A stretch of DNA of 64,000 nt. Origin: a virus. The number at the start of each line of letters is the position of its first letter. Positions within the stretch are counted from its first letter, which is position 1. The notes below the pieces were generated by a model. The model was not told the origin of the DNA. It worked only from the letters and a program-made list of their open reading frames with translations, and ran no database searches. This document shows, piece by piece, positions 11,112 through 21,457 of this stretch. The translations under genes were made by a program, and so were the position numbers. The stretch lies in the IMG/VR virus record IMGVR_UViG_3300020383_000006, positions 1 through 64,000 of that record. One strand, given 5' to 3'.

Positions 11112-12788
11112 TTGTACAATATGTCTAAGAATTTTAAAATGGATGACAACGTAAAATTAGAAATCCTTCGACTTGATAATGAAGGAATTTCAATGAACAA
11201 AATTTCTGAATTAGTTGGAATCAATAAATCTACTGTTTCTAGATTTTTGCGTAAATTGACTCATAAAGAATGGTGGGAAAGGAATGATAATAAACCCATA
11301 GCTTCTGGTAATTATAAAGATCATCACGCAAAAATAGAAAAACTTCCAGGAAACCGATTTATATTAACTTCTGCACAAAATAATACCTATGTTCACCCCA
11401 AATTTTTAAAATCCCTTGAAAATGCCGCTGAATATATGGGGGCTCAAATTTTAGTTGGAACGTTCTCATACAATATTGCTGAATATCGTGCACATAACAA
11501 CCAACTATCAGAAAAATATAAAAACAGGGAAACTAATCAAAACCTTGAGAAAGGGGATAATTTATTTTTTGACCCAATGATCAAAGAATATATTGTTGAT
11601 GAACCTAAAATGTTAACAAAGGACTTAATGTGGAACGGTGAATTAAATATTTCACCTACGGCTGTTAATCCATTTAGCGGTATGGAAGGATATACGAAAG
11701 GTATCAGCGGTATATTTCCTCACGTTAAAGTTGGTATGAAGCCACTAGCAAGACATAAAATGGAAGACCCGAGGTATTTGTTTTCTACTGGTTCAATAAC
11801 GAAGAAAAATTATATTCAAAAGAAAGCTGGTCAAAAAGGTGCGTTGCACCATACCTTTGCTGCTTTATTAATTGAAGTAGATGAAGAAGGTGATTGGTTC
11901 CCTAGACAATTAGTTGCTGATTCAGGTACGGGCGAATTTTACGATTTAGACGTCCTGTACACTCCTGAGGGCGTTTTTCCTGGTCAATCAGCAGAAGCTA
12001 TACAGTGGGGGGATTTACACTCCGAAAAGGCAGATGAGGAAGTTTATAAGGTATCATTCGGTAACCATCCTGATAGTTTATTAAATAGATTGAACCCGAC
12101 TTACCAATTTGTTAACGATGTTCTTGATTTTACTAGCAGAAACCATCATAACATAAAAGACCCTTATTTTAGGTTTAAACGCTATATTGAAGGTAAAGAA
12201 AGTGTTCTTGATGATATAAAACAAGTAGCTGATACCTTAGAAATGATGAAGCGTGATTCTACTATCACGGTTATCGTAGAATCAAATCATGATTTAGCGT
12301 TACAACGTTGGTTAAAAGAATCTGATTATAAATCAGATCCAGCAAATTCTATTCCTTTTCTTGAATTACAATTAGCGACCTATAAAGCATTAGAATCAGG
12401 TGATGATGATTTTTCTATCTTTGAATATGCTATGAACAAGTACCATGGTATAGGAGAGGGAAGTGATTACACTATATTTCTGAGGGAAGATGAATCATTT
12501 AAAATATGTGGTTCAATAGAATCAGGTTGTCATGGTCATTTAGGTAATAATGGTGGACGTGGGTCAGTTAGCGCATTTAAGAAAAGAGGGATTAGATATA
12601 ATGTAGGTCATAGTCATTCACCTTGCATTGATGAAGGAGTATATTATGCTGGAGTAAGCGGTAAACTCAGTGAATTCACTTATGCGAAAGGTGGGACGAC
12701 GTGGGATCATGGCCATATCGTGACATACCCCAACGGTAAAAGAGCAATTTATTTAATTAGAAATGGGAAATATTATGCAAAATCTTAA
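11112..12788 (+). CDS. HTH plus metallophosphoesterase-like protein, T5 A1-like
   Basis: N-terminal HTH (SMNKISELVGINKSTVSRFL); LTSAQNNT, GDLH, SNHD, HGHLGNNGGRGS, GHSH motifs; size similar to T5 A1. Confidence 0.6.
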   Translation: MYNMSKNFKMDDNVKLEILRLDNEGISMNKISELVGINKSTVSRFLRKLTHKEWWERNDNKPIASGNYKDHHAKIEKLPGNRFILTSAQNNTYVHPKFLKSLENAAEYMGAQILVGTFSYNIAEYRAHNNQLSEKYKNRETNQNLEKGDNLFFDPMIKEYIVDEPKMLTKDLMWNGELNISPTAVNPFSGMEGYTKGISGIFPHVKVGMKPLARHKMEDPRYLFSTGSITKKNYIQKKAGQKGALHHTFAALLIEVDEEGDWFPRQLVADSGTGEFYDLDVLYTPEGVFPGQSAEAIQWGDLHSEKADEEVYKVSFGNHPDSLLNRLNPTYQFVNDVLDFTSRNHHNIKDPYFRFKRYIEGKESVLDDIKQVADTLEMMKRDSTITVIVESNHDLALQRWLKESDYKSDPANSIPFLELQLATYKALESGDDDFSIFEYAMNKYHGIGEGSDYTIFLREDESFKICGSIESGCHGHLGNNGGRGSVSAFKKRGIRYNVGHSHSPCIDEGVYYAGVSGKLSEFTYAKGGTTWDHGHIVTYPNGKRAIYLIRNGKYYAKS

Positions 12789-12906
12789 AAACAAAGAATA
12801 AAGGATTCTATATTCCAGAATGCCGTTAAATTGGTGAGTTCTTATTTGGAATAATAATTTAACACCTATATAAACGTAGAGTTTCAATAATAATAAGGTG
12901 CGTTTT

Positions 12907-13050
12907 ATGGTTAAAACTGAAATTGATTGTGATAATTGTAGCGAAAGTATTATCTTAGTTACTCGCGAAGAAACAATGGTAAATTTTTGTCCTAATTGCG
13001 GTACAAGCCAAGATTTATCAGACAGTATCTATTCTAGCGACGACGAGTAA
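12907..13050 (+). CDS. 47-aa zinc-ribbon protein (not in ORF track)
   Basis: MVKTEIDCDNC...FCPNCG...; SD AAGGTG upstream. Confidence 0.6.
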   Translation: MVKTEIDCDNCSESIILVTREETMVNFCPNCGTSQDLSDSIYSSDDE

Positions 13051-13056
13051 TTTATC

Positions 13057-13602
13057 ATGAATTTTGCTGGAATAGATTATTCTATGAGTTGTCCTGCTAT
13101 AACAGTGGGACCGTCTGATGATTTTAGTAAATGTCATTCTTTCTTTTATTCAGGTGTTAAAAAGCACCAACGGAAATTTAAGCATGATATTTATGGTTTA
13201 GTCACTATCCCTTACTCAAGTGAATTGGAGCGCTTTGACAATGTTTCAGAGTGGGCTATGGCTATTTTGAAACGATACAAAGTTCAAAAAGTTTGTATCG
13301 AGGGATATGCTATGGGTGCAAAGGGTAAAGTTTTCAATATTGCTGAGAACACTGGAATATTGAAATACAAAATGTGGAAAGCAGGAATTGGTTTTATTAC
13401 CCCTTCACCAATGACAGTTAAAAAAGCGTTTTCCGGTAAAGGAAACGCAGGTAAAGAATTAATGTATGAGTCTTTCAAACAGAAAACAGGGTTAGATTTA
13501 TCAGAAGTCATTGATTGTAAAATTGATGCTAATCCTATTTCAGATATTGTTGATTCATATGCTATGTTAGAATATGGTTTTGAACAGGAGTTTTTTCAAT
13601 GA
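13057..13602 (+). CDS. RuvC-like Holliday junction resolvase
   Basis: GIDYS, EGY and DIVDS acidic motifs of the RuvC fold. Confidence 0.85.
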   Translation: MNFAGIDYSMSCPAITVGPSDDFSKCHSFFYSGVKKHQRKFKHDIYGLVTIPYSSELERFDNVSEWAMAILKRYKVQKVCIEGYAMGAKGKVFNIAENTGILKYKMWKAGIGFITPSPMTVKKAFSGKGNAGKELMYESFKQKTGLDLSEVIDCKIDANPISDIVDSYAMLEYGFEQEFFQ

Positions 13603-13838
13603 TTACAATTTATGGTAAAAATAAATGCCCTTTTTGCGTCAAAGCAAAAAATTTATGCCAAGAAAAAGGTATTGAGTTTAAATACAAAGAAGTCGGTGTA
13701 GACTTAACTAAAGAGCAATTGTTTGGTATTTTAGGTGAAGAAGTAAGAACCGTCCCACAAATTGTTTCCAATGAAGGGGACGGTTTCATGACTAAGATTG
13801 GTGGATATAATCAGTTAGTTGAATATTTAAATCAATAA
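13599..13838 (+). CDS. Glutaredoxin
   Basis: CPFC, TVPQI, IGGY. Confidence 0.95.
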   Translation: MITIYGKNKCPFCVKAKNLCQEKGIEFKYKEVGVDLTKEQLFGILGEEVRTVPQIVSNEGDGFMTKIGGYNQLVEYLNQ

Positions 13839-15673
13839 CTGAAATTATATAAACCGTTTAGTTGATTAAATCTTCTATGCGTAGGGTCTTGGTTTTCCGA
13901 AACTTTAGACCCTTCAAACTTATTGTTATTGATATTCGTTTGATTAGAAGATGGAGCAATAACAGCATTACCACCTGAGCTTGTATTGTTATTATTAGTC
14001 AATTCTTTATTCTTTTTCTCAATAGAATTAGTTACTCTCTCATTAACTACATTTCCATCACCATAATAACGTTCCCTTGATTGTTCAGCTCTTCTTCTCA
14101 CCTTTTCAACTTTGGCGTCTAAATTAGGATTGTTCGTTCTACCGCCTTCTATATTTAAATTAGAACTTTCATCTTCATCACCAGAAAAGAACCCAGTAGC
14201 AGTATCCCAAAAGCTATTAGCTGTATCTTTAGCGCCATCAATAAGATCACCACCAAAATTGGTTATTCCATCAATCTTTTCAGTTATCCATTCTAAAATA
14301 GGTGACAATTTGCTTTCAACCCATTCATAAATGGATTCAAAGAAGTTGGTCATAGAGTTTATAGTATCCGATGCAAAAGATAACCCTTTATTAGTTAGTT
14401 CTTTTACGTAATCAAGTCCTTGTAAAAACCAATCATCTAAGCTAGTAAACCAACCAAATATTTTTTTAGTTAATTCTTCTTGTTTAACACCGAATATTTC
14501 ATCTACACCAAATAATCCAGCCACCCAATCAACAATACCTGTTAACGTGGAAACCAACCCAGAAACAACATTAGAAATACCAACCAATATTCTATCAGTT
14601 ATGTTTAAGTCACCTCTTCCCAATATTTCCTCGGCATTGAATATACCCTCAACAAAATCATAAATTCCTTGAACAATGGCAAGAATTCCGGTAAATTTAC
14701 CGAATTTCATAAACATTTTTCCGCCTTTCTTAAGGAATTCAAATACTTTCAAAAAAGGACCTATAAGAGCAGAAAAACCGGCAGTTATACCACCAAACAA
14801 ACCACCACCTTCATCACCAAAAAGGTCTTTCCCTTCATTTTGGTTTTTGTTTAAGTCAAGTTCAGGGGAAGTGTTATCACTTGACTCAAACTGGGTTTCA
14901 AGTGCGTCTGATTTTTGTTGCTCAATGGATTCCCTTTGGAGTTTATTCTGTTCATCAATACCATCTTTAATCTCAGATAGCGTTTCTTCATCATCAGGGT
15001 TCTCAATACCAAAAGCTTCATTGAATCGTTCTATTGCTAACTCAATTCTTTCAAGATAAGGAATGTAAATATCATTTGTTTCTGGGTTTTTTAATTGATC
15101 TAAATCACGTTCCAGAACTTCAGATTGCATTTCTTCATTTTTAAGTTGTTCTTCTTGGATATTTTGTTCTTCAAGAAGTGATTGTAATCTACGTTTTCTT
15201 TCTTCCTCAAATTGACGCTTCTGTTGTTTTTTAGAAGTCATCAAATCTTTAACCATATTCCCAGCATATCCCAAAACTGGGTTTGCTGTCATCACGGCTG
15301 AAGTTAATGTATCAAAAGAAGGTAGCGAGTCTTTTAAACTAGATAACCCACTACCAATAGTTTTCTTATTTTCAGATTTAATTTCGCTATCAATGTTATC
15401 AATATTGTCAAGAATTGAAGAAAATTTTCCTATGTAAGCGGCTTGTTGAGTACCAGCATCTATTTGTCCTGCGACTAAATCTTTTCTGATTTGTCGCATT
15501 TCTTTCAAAGCTGATTTAGAAAACGTGTTTGTTCCACTTTCTTGAAGGACAATGGCTTCTTGCATTATCCTTTCAAGTGTATTAGCAACAACGTCTTCGT
15601 CGTTACCTCTTAATTTTGTGGCTCTTCTAGCTTTTCTAATATCTAACAAAGCCTTTTTAGGATTTAATGCCAT
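13832..15673 (-). CDS. Baseplate hub / tape-measure protein (gp29-like)
   Basis: 613-aa helical protein with a Gly-rich hydrophobic middle, following gp26/gp51-like genes. Confidence 0.65.
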   Translation of the reverse strand: MALNPKKALLDIRKARRATKLRGNDEDVVANTLERIMQEAIVLQESGTNTFSKSALKEMRQIRKDLVAGQIDAGTQQAAYIGKFSSILDNIDNIDSEIKSENKKTIGSGLSSLKDSLPSFDTLTSAVMTANPVLGYAGNMVKDLMTSKKQQKRQFEEERKRRLQSLLEEQNIQEEQLKNEEMQSEVLERDLDQLKNPETNDIYIPYLERIELAIERFNEAFGIENPDDEETLSEIKDGIDEQNKLQRESIEQQKSDALETQFESSDNTSPELDLNKNQNEGKDLFGDEGGGLFGGITAGFSALIGPFLKVFEFLKKGGKMFMKFGKFTGILAIVQGIYDFVEGIFNAEEILGRGDLNITDRILVGISNVVSGLVSTLTGIVDWVAGLFGVDEIFGVKQEELTKKIFGWFTSLDDWFLQGLDYVKELTNKGLSFASDTINSMTNFFESIYEWVESKLSPILEWITEKIDGITNFGGDLIDGAKDTANSFWDTATGFFSGDEDESSNLNIEGGRTNNPNLDAKVEKVRRRAEQSRERYYGDGNVVNERVTNSIEKKNKELTNNNNTSSGGNAVIAPSSNQTNINNNKFEGSKVSENQDPTHRRFNQLNGLYNFSY

Positions 15674-15858
15674 TATTTTTTACCTTTATTTGCATTCTTT
15701 TCTTTTAATCTTTTATCGATCGCTTGTTCTATTAACATCAAATAAGAAGTTCTTTCAAAAGGCATCATTTCTTCAATATCAACTAACGTAAAATGTTGTT
15801 CAAACTCACTTTTCAGTTTGAACAACAAACGGGTGTTATCCGTATAATACGAAGTCAA
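15673..15858 (-). CDS. Small baseplate hub assembly protein (gp51-like)
   Basis: IEEMMPFERTSYLMLI motif; lies downstream of the gp26-like gene. Confidence 0.6.
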   Translation of the reverse strand: MTSYYTDNTRLLFKLKSEFEQHFTLVDIEEMMPFERTSYLMLIEQAIDKRLKEKNANKGKK

Positions 15859-15869
15859 TGTTTCATGAT

Positions 15870-16607
15870 TTAGACATACGTAAAAAAATCATTTAACCCT
15901 GATAATACAATAGGTAATTTCTTAATTTCTTGGTTGCCTTGTTCATCAGGATCATCTTTCATCGTAACTTCTGTTTTGAAGTACAACTTAGGCATGGTTT
16001 CAAAGAAACTTGATACTTTTCTAAGCATTTGTAAATCAAATGATTCTACAAAATCTTGACGCTCTTCATGCGTTGAATCTTTAAAGTAGTAGATATCATT
16101 TTCATCAAATACGTAATCAATACAAGCTTCAATTGAACTCAGTGATTCTAAATTTTCCTCATACATTTTAATGGTAGGATATTTCATCACCACACCAATT
16201 TTTGTATCTTCATCGAGAACAATTTTATTTGTATGTTCTTCGTATTCTTTTAACTGAATATCAGAAACACTAATATTCAATTTTGTTCTTTTTTCATTAC
16301 CACTGTCGAATTTGTATTTTACTGGAATAGTGATTACATCAGATACTGCCTTTGCTCTGATATGTAAAAATAACCATTCTATATCAAATAAAGGTAAATC
16401 ATCGACAGAAACACCCAAATCAAACGTACATAATTCAATAATTTGTTTGATTGCTTCTATAATTCTATTTTTGTCTTCTTTTGCTTCTTCTTTTGCTAAC
16501 AAAAGTATCTTTTGTTCTTTAACCGTAAACGGTCTAAATTTAATTTGTTTATCAATCCCTTTCAAATATAAAGAATAACGTGGGGAGTCAATTTTAGGTA
16601 AACTCAT
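15870..16607 (-). CDS. Baseplate hub subunit (gp26-like)
   Basis: MSLPKIDSPRY, FRPFTVKEQKILL, FDIEWLFLHIRAKA, MKYPT, FFETMPKL. Confidence 0.85.
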   Translation of the reverse strand: MSLPKIDSPRYSLYLKGIDKQIKFRPFTVKEQKILLLAKEEAKEDKNRIIEAIKQIIELCTFDLGVSVDDLPLFDIEWLFLHIRAKAVSDVITIPVKYKFDSGNEKRTKLNISVSDIQLKEYEEHTNKIVLDEDTKIGVVMKYPTIKMYEENLESLSSIEACIDYVFDENDIYYFKDSTHEERQDFVESFDLQMLRKVSSFFETMPKLYFKTEVTMKDDPDEQGNQEIKKLPIVLSGLNDFFTYV

Positions 16608-16613
16608 TTTTTA

Positions 16614-17573
16614 TCACCCTTTCAATTTATCTATTGCATTATCAACTAATTTAATTAAATTCCCTTGATCTTGGGAACTTAATTTTCCATTTTGATTTAT
16701 ATCAAATTTAAAACTATTTAGTAAAGAAGCTAATTTATTTGTCGATGTTCCTGTTGCACCTTTAATAACATCATCAATCATATTGTATATATTAGCGGCT
16801 TCACCGTCTAAATCTATTCCAGTTGTATCTTCAAATACGCTTAATGCTTCTTGTACAGCTGGGTTAGCGAGTATTGGTGTCACTAGAGGTCCTAACGGAG
16901 TCTGTGACAAGGAATTAACACCATCATCAATAGTTATATTATTGTTTGCATTTTCCCAACGCTTAAAGGCAAATGCTGTAGAAACATTAGCAAATTCATC
17001 CCTTGTTTGATTAGACAAAGGAATAGAATTACATGTTATAGGGAAGGCGTCCCTGAATACAACTGAATACGTAACGTTATCTTGTTCGTCTAAAAGGTTT
17101 AGTGTGATATCAGTAGAATATTCATCCATATATGATATTTCATGTTTAATTGGATCAAAAATGAAATCCATCCACATATCAATGATCATTTTCTCAAACA
17201 TATCACGGGAACATAAGAAACTGAATTCTTGTTCTTCATATAGTGTAGCATAAGGGATTTTATAAAAATCACCGTTATATCTTATTTCAGTCGTTGCTAA
17301 ATTTTTACTTGGTAGTGGAGTTTCATCAATCATCAAGTCTAATGCCTTCGCCATATTCTTTTGACTTTTATCCTCAGGCACAAAAAACGTTTTGACTGCA
17401 TCAATTGGTGATGATGGTGATGGTGAACCGCTATCACGTCGCTCTGGAATATTTTCCAGTTCATTGATTCGACTAATGATTGATTGAGGTATTGGTATAA
17501 TAACCTGAAAGCGGTTATTGGTCGCAACCCCTTTCTTCATTATATGTTCAATACGTTCTCTGAAATCTGGCAT
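16614..17573 (-). CDS. Baseplate tail-tube initiator (gp54-like, tube fold)
   Basis: NRFQV..LP..WMDFIFD..DAFP..F.FKRW tube-family pattern; likely start ATG 17573; TATAAATA upstream. Confidence 0.75.
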   Translation of the reverse strand: MPDFRERIEHIMKKGVATNNRFQVIIPIPQSIISRINELENIPERRDSGSPSPSSPIDAVKTFFVPEDKSQKNMAKALDLMIDETPLPSKNLATTEIRYNGDFYKIPYATLYEEQEFSFLCSRDMFEKMIIDMWMDFIFDPIKHEISYMDEYSTDITLNLLDEQDNVTYSVVFRDAFPITCNSIPLSNQTRDEFANVSTAFAFKRWENANNNITIDDGVNSLSQTPLGPLVTPILANPAVQEALSVFEDTTGIDLDGEAANIYNMIDDVIKGATGTSTNKLASLLNSFKFDINQNGKLSSQDQGNLIKLVDNAIDKLKG

Positions 17574-17619
17574 AAGTTTCTTCTTTAATAAATAGTATGG
17601 TAAACTAAATCCTATAAGG

Positions 17620-17627
17620 TATTTATA
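17620..17627 (-). promoter_or_regulatory. T4-type late promoter
   Basis: Exact TATAAATA on the minus strand upstream of baseplate genes; other exact copies at 19770-19777(-), 49111-49118(+), 49144-49151(-), 63348-63355(+). Confidence 0.8.
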
Positions 17628-17632
17628 TAACA

Positions 17633-18259
17633 ATGGCCGAAGAGATAGAAAACGATACTAATACAGAACTAAAGATTCTAAAAAATATAGAAAAGGCGTT
17701 CTATAGAAATAATGAATCAGCCAAGAAAAGAAATACCCAAAAATCATTAAAATGGTTTTCTAAATATGTTCCGCGTTCATATAATAAAGCTAGAACGGCT
17801 CAAATGTTTAGGGATAGGGATCTATTTTCTAAACGTATTAAAGTTGGTCAAATGCACTTCTTTCAATATGACGCAAAACATAAAGACAAACTTCCTGTTT
17901 GGGATATGTACCCGTTGGTGTTCTTTTTTGACTCTTATAGAGCCAAGGACGGTGCAGAAATCTTATTGGGTATTAACCTTCATTACCTTAAACCATCGTT
18001 GCGTTTCGAAGCTATGAGGACGTTATTGAAGTATAGAAATGAAAAGCGTTATCGCCCATCTACAAGATTGAAGATTTCTTGGCAAGTACTGAAATCACTA
18101 GGTAATTCAAAGTTATTTGAACATTCCATTAAAGCGTATAGAATGGATCACGTTAGAAGCCAATTCGTTCAAGTTCCACCTAGAAGTTGGGAATTAGTGA
18201 TATTCTTACCACTTGCTCGTTGGCAAAAAGGATCTAAGTCAACTGCTTGGAAAATTTAA
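17633..18259 (+). CDS. 2: DNA end protector protein
   Basis: YDAKHKDKLPVWDMYPL, GINLHYL, IKAY..HVRS, W...IFLP. Confidence 0.92.
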   Translation: MAEEIENDTNTELKILKNIEKAFYRNNESAKKRNTQKSLKWFSKYVPRSYNKARTAQMFRDRDLFSKRIKVGQMHFFQYDAKHKDKLPVWDMYPLVFFFDSYRAKDGAEILLGINLHYLKPSLRFEAMRTLLKYRNEKRYRPSTRLKISWQVLKSLGNSKLFEHSIKAYRMDHVRSQFVQVPPRSWELVIFLPLARWQKGSKSTAWKI

Positions 18260-18280
18260 AAAAGGGGCTATGCCCCTTTT
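18258..18280. terminator. Bidirectional intrinsic terminator
   Basis: AAAAAAGGGGC-TAT-GCCCCTTTT between convergent genes. Confidence 0.8.
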
Positions 18281-18408
18281 CTATTTGTCACAACAATCCT
18301 TTTAACGGGAGTTCCATCAGGCGTAGTCATATAATAAACAAAATTATAAAAAATTCCGTATGAAGGAGCAGTTGGTGTACTTGAACTTTCTTCAGTGAAT
18401 CCCATAAT

Positions 18409-19062
18409 TTAGTTTTCCTCAATTAATGGAAATGAATTAATAGGAAAAGCTTCCCAAGAATCAAACCTCAAATATTCTGTTAGAGGGTCTTCGCCTTGAG
18501 TATAATTTGACTCTTTAAGGATACCTTTAATTCCATGTTGATGACAAATATTTAAAGGGAGTAACCTGTCCTCAATAATGTAATCAACGTTGGCTCGGAA
18601 TTTTTCTTTTGAATGTGTTGTAATTGAATGAAAATTAATCCCACCAACTTGACCAAACCAACGCTCAAGGAAATTGTATTTAGATTTTGAATGATTGCCT
18701 TTATTATGGCTAATAAAAACAATTTCATAACCACGCATTTCTAACATCTTTAATGTCTTAATACAACCTTTGTACGGGGAAGCAAGGTCATAAATTCCTT
18801 CTCTTCGAAAGAAGTCAAAAGGATCAACGTTGCTGTTAATTGGTTTCGGGAAATATTTTGTTAAGTTGTAATTAACTTTCTCTCCTTTGCTTGTGTGTAA
18901 TGAATGTAGTTCAGGGAGTGTTAAACACTTATATTCTACTTCATCAAATTCACAAATTGCGGGTGATTGGGTCATACTAATTAACCATTCAAACCACATT
19001 TCATCAGTAGGGCAAACAGTCAAATCAATATCAACACCAATCACATTTCCTTTAGTACTCAT
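18409..19062 (-). CDS. HAD-family 5'(3')-deoxyribonucleotidase-like protein
   Basis: DIDLT (DxDxT) motif, SKYNFLERWF, DYIIEDR. Confidence 0.75.
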   Translation of the reverse strand: MSTKGNVIGVDIDLTVCPTDEMWFEWLISMTQSPAICEFDEVEYKCLTLPELHSLHTSKGEKVNYNLTKYFPKPINSNVDPFDFFRREGIYDLASPYKGCIKTLKMLEMRGYEIVFISHNKGNHSKSKYNFLERWFGQVGGINFHSITTHSKEKFRANVDYIIEDRLLPLNICHQHGIKGILKESNYTQGEDPLTEYLRFDSWEAFPINSFPLIEEN

Positions 19063-19075
19063 TAATAAACTCCGA

Positions 19076-19411
19076 TCATATATTAAATGTAAAAATCTTT
19101 TTCCACCAAGGAAGTTTGTTGTAGTTAGAAACTTTCTTCCTCATGTAATGGTACTCATTTTCCTTTCCCATTCTATAATTAACTGCTTTCTCTAATTCGG
19201 GCATAACAATAGAATCAATAACTTGTTGCAATTCTTCGTCAAATGCAAACTTCACTCCGTCAATTTTCAAAACCCTAGAACGACTCTTCTTTTGTTCTAG
19301 CAAACCAAATTTAGAACCTGAAGTAAAATGGTGGCAAATAACGTGAGTGGAACCATTGTCAGGAATTAACCGTTTTTTAGTTTCATAAAATGTTATGCCT
19401 TCATTATTCAT
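19076..19411 (-). CDS. Hypothetical protein
   Basis: ORF in operon context. Confidence 0.55.
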   Translation of the reverse strand: MNNEGITFYETKKRLIPDNGSTHVICHHFTSGSKFGLLEQKKSRSRVLKIDGVKFAFDEELQQVIDSIVMPELEKAVNYRMGKENEYHYMRKKVSNYNKLPWWKKIFTFNI

Positions 19412-19412
19412 A

Positions 19413-19736
19413 TTAAAATCCCATTAATGTATCAATTTGCCTTCTTTTTGAATCTTGACTAAAGACGTTATTTCCATATTCAAACAATTCAAAAAGTTCA
19501 TCTGGAACACCACCATAAATACCGTCCAAATCAACGCTTCTTACAAAAGAATTAAATGCGTCCTCATAAGAATACCCTGAACCTATATTGATAGAACCTT
19601 TGCCCCAACTAATAAGATAGTTTAAGCCGCGTTTTTCTATTGTGTATCGATTTGTATCTAATAAACTTTTTAACTTGTCTAAAACTTTGTTTTGTGTAAG
19701 TAATCTTTCATTGATAAATTCTTTAAAACTTAGCAT
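19413..19736 (-). CDS. Putative internal head protein (capsid-targeting N-terminus)
   Basis: MLSFKEFINE; TATAAATA at 19770-19777. Confidence 0.65.
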   Translation of the reverse strand: MLSFKEFINERLLTQNKVLDKLKSLLDTNRYTIEKRGLNYLISWGKGSINIGSGYSYEDAFNSFVRSVDLDGIYGGVPDELFELFEYGNNVFSQDSKRRQIDTLMGF

Positions 19737-19795
19737 AATGGTTTACCCGTATTTGTTCGTATATAGAACTATTTATACGAGTAAACCAATTAAAG

Positions 19796-20107
19796 TTATT
19801 CTTCTAAATCGTCACCATCTTCGTCAACGTTATCTTCACTTGATTTCATAACTGATTCATAAAGGTCAGTGTATTCTTCAAAGCGTTGTACGCGACTGTC
19901 AAACTCTTGTTTATGGAAATCATTGAGCATCGTAGTGATTTCCTTCATAGGCAAGTTAAAGTCGTCTTTTAACGCCTTTTTTGCTTCTTTAATATATTCA
20001 CGTTCACCTTCAATGCGGGTCATTGCGTTACTCATTGCCTCAATAACGCCTTTGATTTTCTTGCGATCTTCAGGTGAAGATGGAGTAATAATTAATTGTT
20101 CAGTCAT
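19796..20107 (-). CDS. dsbA: dsDNA-binding protein DsbA-like
   Basis: AMSNAMTRIEGEREYIKEAKKALKDDF..FHKQEF pattern. Confidence 0.75.
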   Translation of the reverse strand: MTEQLIITPSSPEDRKKIKGVIEAMSNAMTRIEGEREYIKEAKKALKDDFNLPMKEITTMLNDFHKQEFDSRVQRFEEYTDLYESVMKSSEDNVDEDGDDLEE

Positions 20108-20517
20108 TATTCAATACCTTTAGATAATGTTTTGATGATTAAGAAATCCCGAACCTTCGGATCAGGAATGGATAGTAAAACCGAATTAAAATCAATATTA
20201 ATTTGGATTGTGAGTGGATCTTTATGTACTATTGCTTCATGTTTAGAAAAAACACCCCGTTCAAAATGAATATCATATTGTTTCATCATAAAAGCAAATT
20301 CATCTCTATCACATTCAGCTAAACACCGAACCCAGTAAACTGATTTTTCATTGAAGTTAGCTATTCGGATTCCAGCATCATCATCATAAAATTTAAAATG
20401 TTTTTCAATAGCTCTCACTAATTGGCGAGCAACGTAAATTTTATCCATAATAAAACCCTTATAGTTCATGTACAATAATGGGTAACGTGGGGCAAGCTTC
20501 GTTAATAGCCCATTCAA
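20107..20517 (-). CDS. Hypothetical protein (probable start ~20448)
   Basis: ORF between the macro-domain gene and dsbA. Confidence 0.5.
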   Translation of the reverse strand: MNGLLTKLAPRYPLLYMNYKGFIMDKIYVARQLVRAIEKHFKFYDDDAGIRIANFNEKSVYWVRCLAECDRDEFAFMMKQYDIHFERGVFSKHEAIVHKDPLTIQINIDFNSVLLSIPDPKVRDFLIIKTLSKGIE

Positions 20518-20944
20518 CTTCCTGTTCCCAATTTAAACCACCTATACCGCAACTAATTTTAGGTATATGCAATTCAATAGGACGTTCTTCCGTATTTACT
20601 TGGGTATATAGAAATTCAAGTCTAGAAAATACTTGGTATATAGCAGAAATTTCTGCATTCGGTCCTGGTTCAACTTGAGTGTATAAGTTGAACAAATCAA
20701 TACCATTACCCATCAAAAACGAAAAATTTCCTAATCTGCCTTTCCCTTTCGGTAAGGGGGAACGTTCATCTTTCATAGGTAATTCAGGGAACGCTTTTGC
20801 AAATTGTGCCGCAACACCAGCACCCATAACACAATGACAATTGCAACCATGGGCAAACCAAAAGTGTTTATTTTCTTCAGGGTACGATTTAACGTTTAAC
20901 GCGGATACTACGATATCGGAAGGTTTTCTATGTTCAATAATCAT
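20459..20944 (-). CDS. Macro-domain (ADP-ribose processing) protein
   Basis: AHGCNCHCVMGAGVA, NLYTQ, PKISCGIGGLNW. Confidence 0.9.
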   Translation of the reverse strand: MIIEHRKPSDIVVSALNVKSYPEENKHFWFAHGCNCHCVMGAGVAAQFAKAFPELPMKDERSPLPKGKGRLGNFSFLMGNGIDLFNLYTQVEPGPNAEISAIYQVFSRLEFLYTQVNTEERPIELHIPKISCGIGGLNWEQEVEWAINEACPTLPIIVHEL

Positions 20945-20981
20945 AATTTAATCTCACTGGCTACATAACGAATAATTTAAA

Positions 20982-21010
20982 ATGATAATATAACCCCACT
21001 TAAAAGTAAA
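20982..21010 (-). promoter_or_regulatory. T4-type early promoter
   Basis: TTTACT-N17-TATCAT. Confidence 0.75.
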
Positions 21011-21024
21011 GTGGAGTTAATTTA

Positions 21025-21363
21025 TTAGACGTAAAATTCGTATGGGTTATCTTTTGTACTGTCTGCCATATCTTGAAAAGTAAGTAAAGCTTCACGTTTT
21101 CTATTAAAAGGGTAAGGATCACTCTCCGTATAAATTTTATTACCGGATTTGTCATGGACTTCTAAAGACCAAACCCACATACCAAGTGATTCATTTCTAC
21201 TTAAAGTAACTTTAGCGTCGCCATTTATTGGTTTTGATGGTTTAGCGCCAGCAACAGACATTTTTGTAGTAAAAACAATTGGGAATTTTGATTCGTAGTG
21301 ACCTTTAAGTAACTTTTTCATTCTCACCTTACTTTCATTAATAAATTCAGAAAAACTTTTCAT
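21025..21363 (-). CDS. Putative internal head protein (capsid-targeting N-terminus)
   Basis: MKSFSEFINE; CTAAATA upstream. Confidence 0.6.
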   Translation of the reverse strand: MKSFSEFINESKVRMKKLLKGHYESKFPIVFTTKMSVAGAKPSKPINGDAKVTLSRNESLGMWVWSLEVHDKSGNKIYTESDPYPFNRKREALLTFQDMADSTKDNPYEFYV

Positions 21364-21457
21364 AACTTTCTAACCCTTATTATACTCTTATATTTCTAAA
21401 CGTATAATAATATTTAGTTATAAAAAAGACGGTTTTTATAACCGCCTTTGGAATTTA

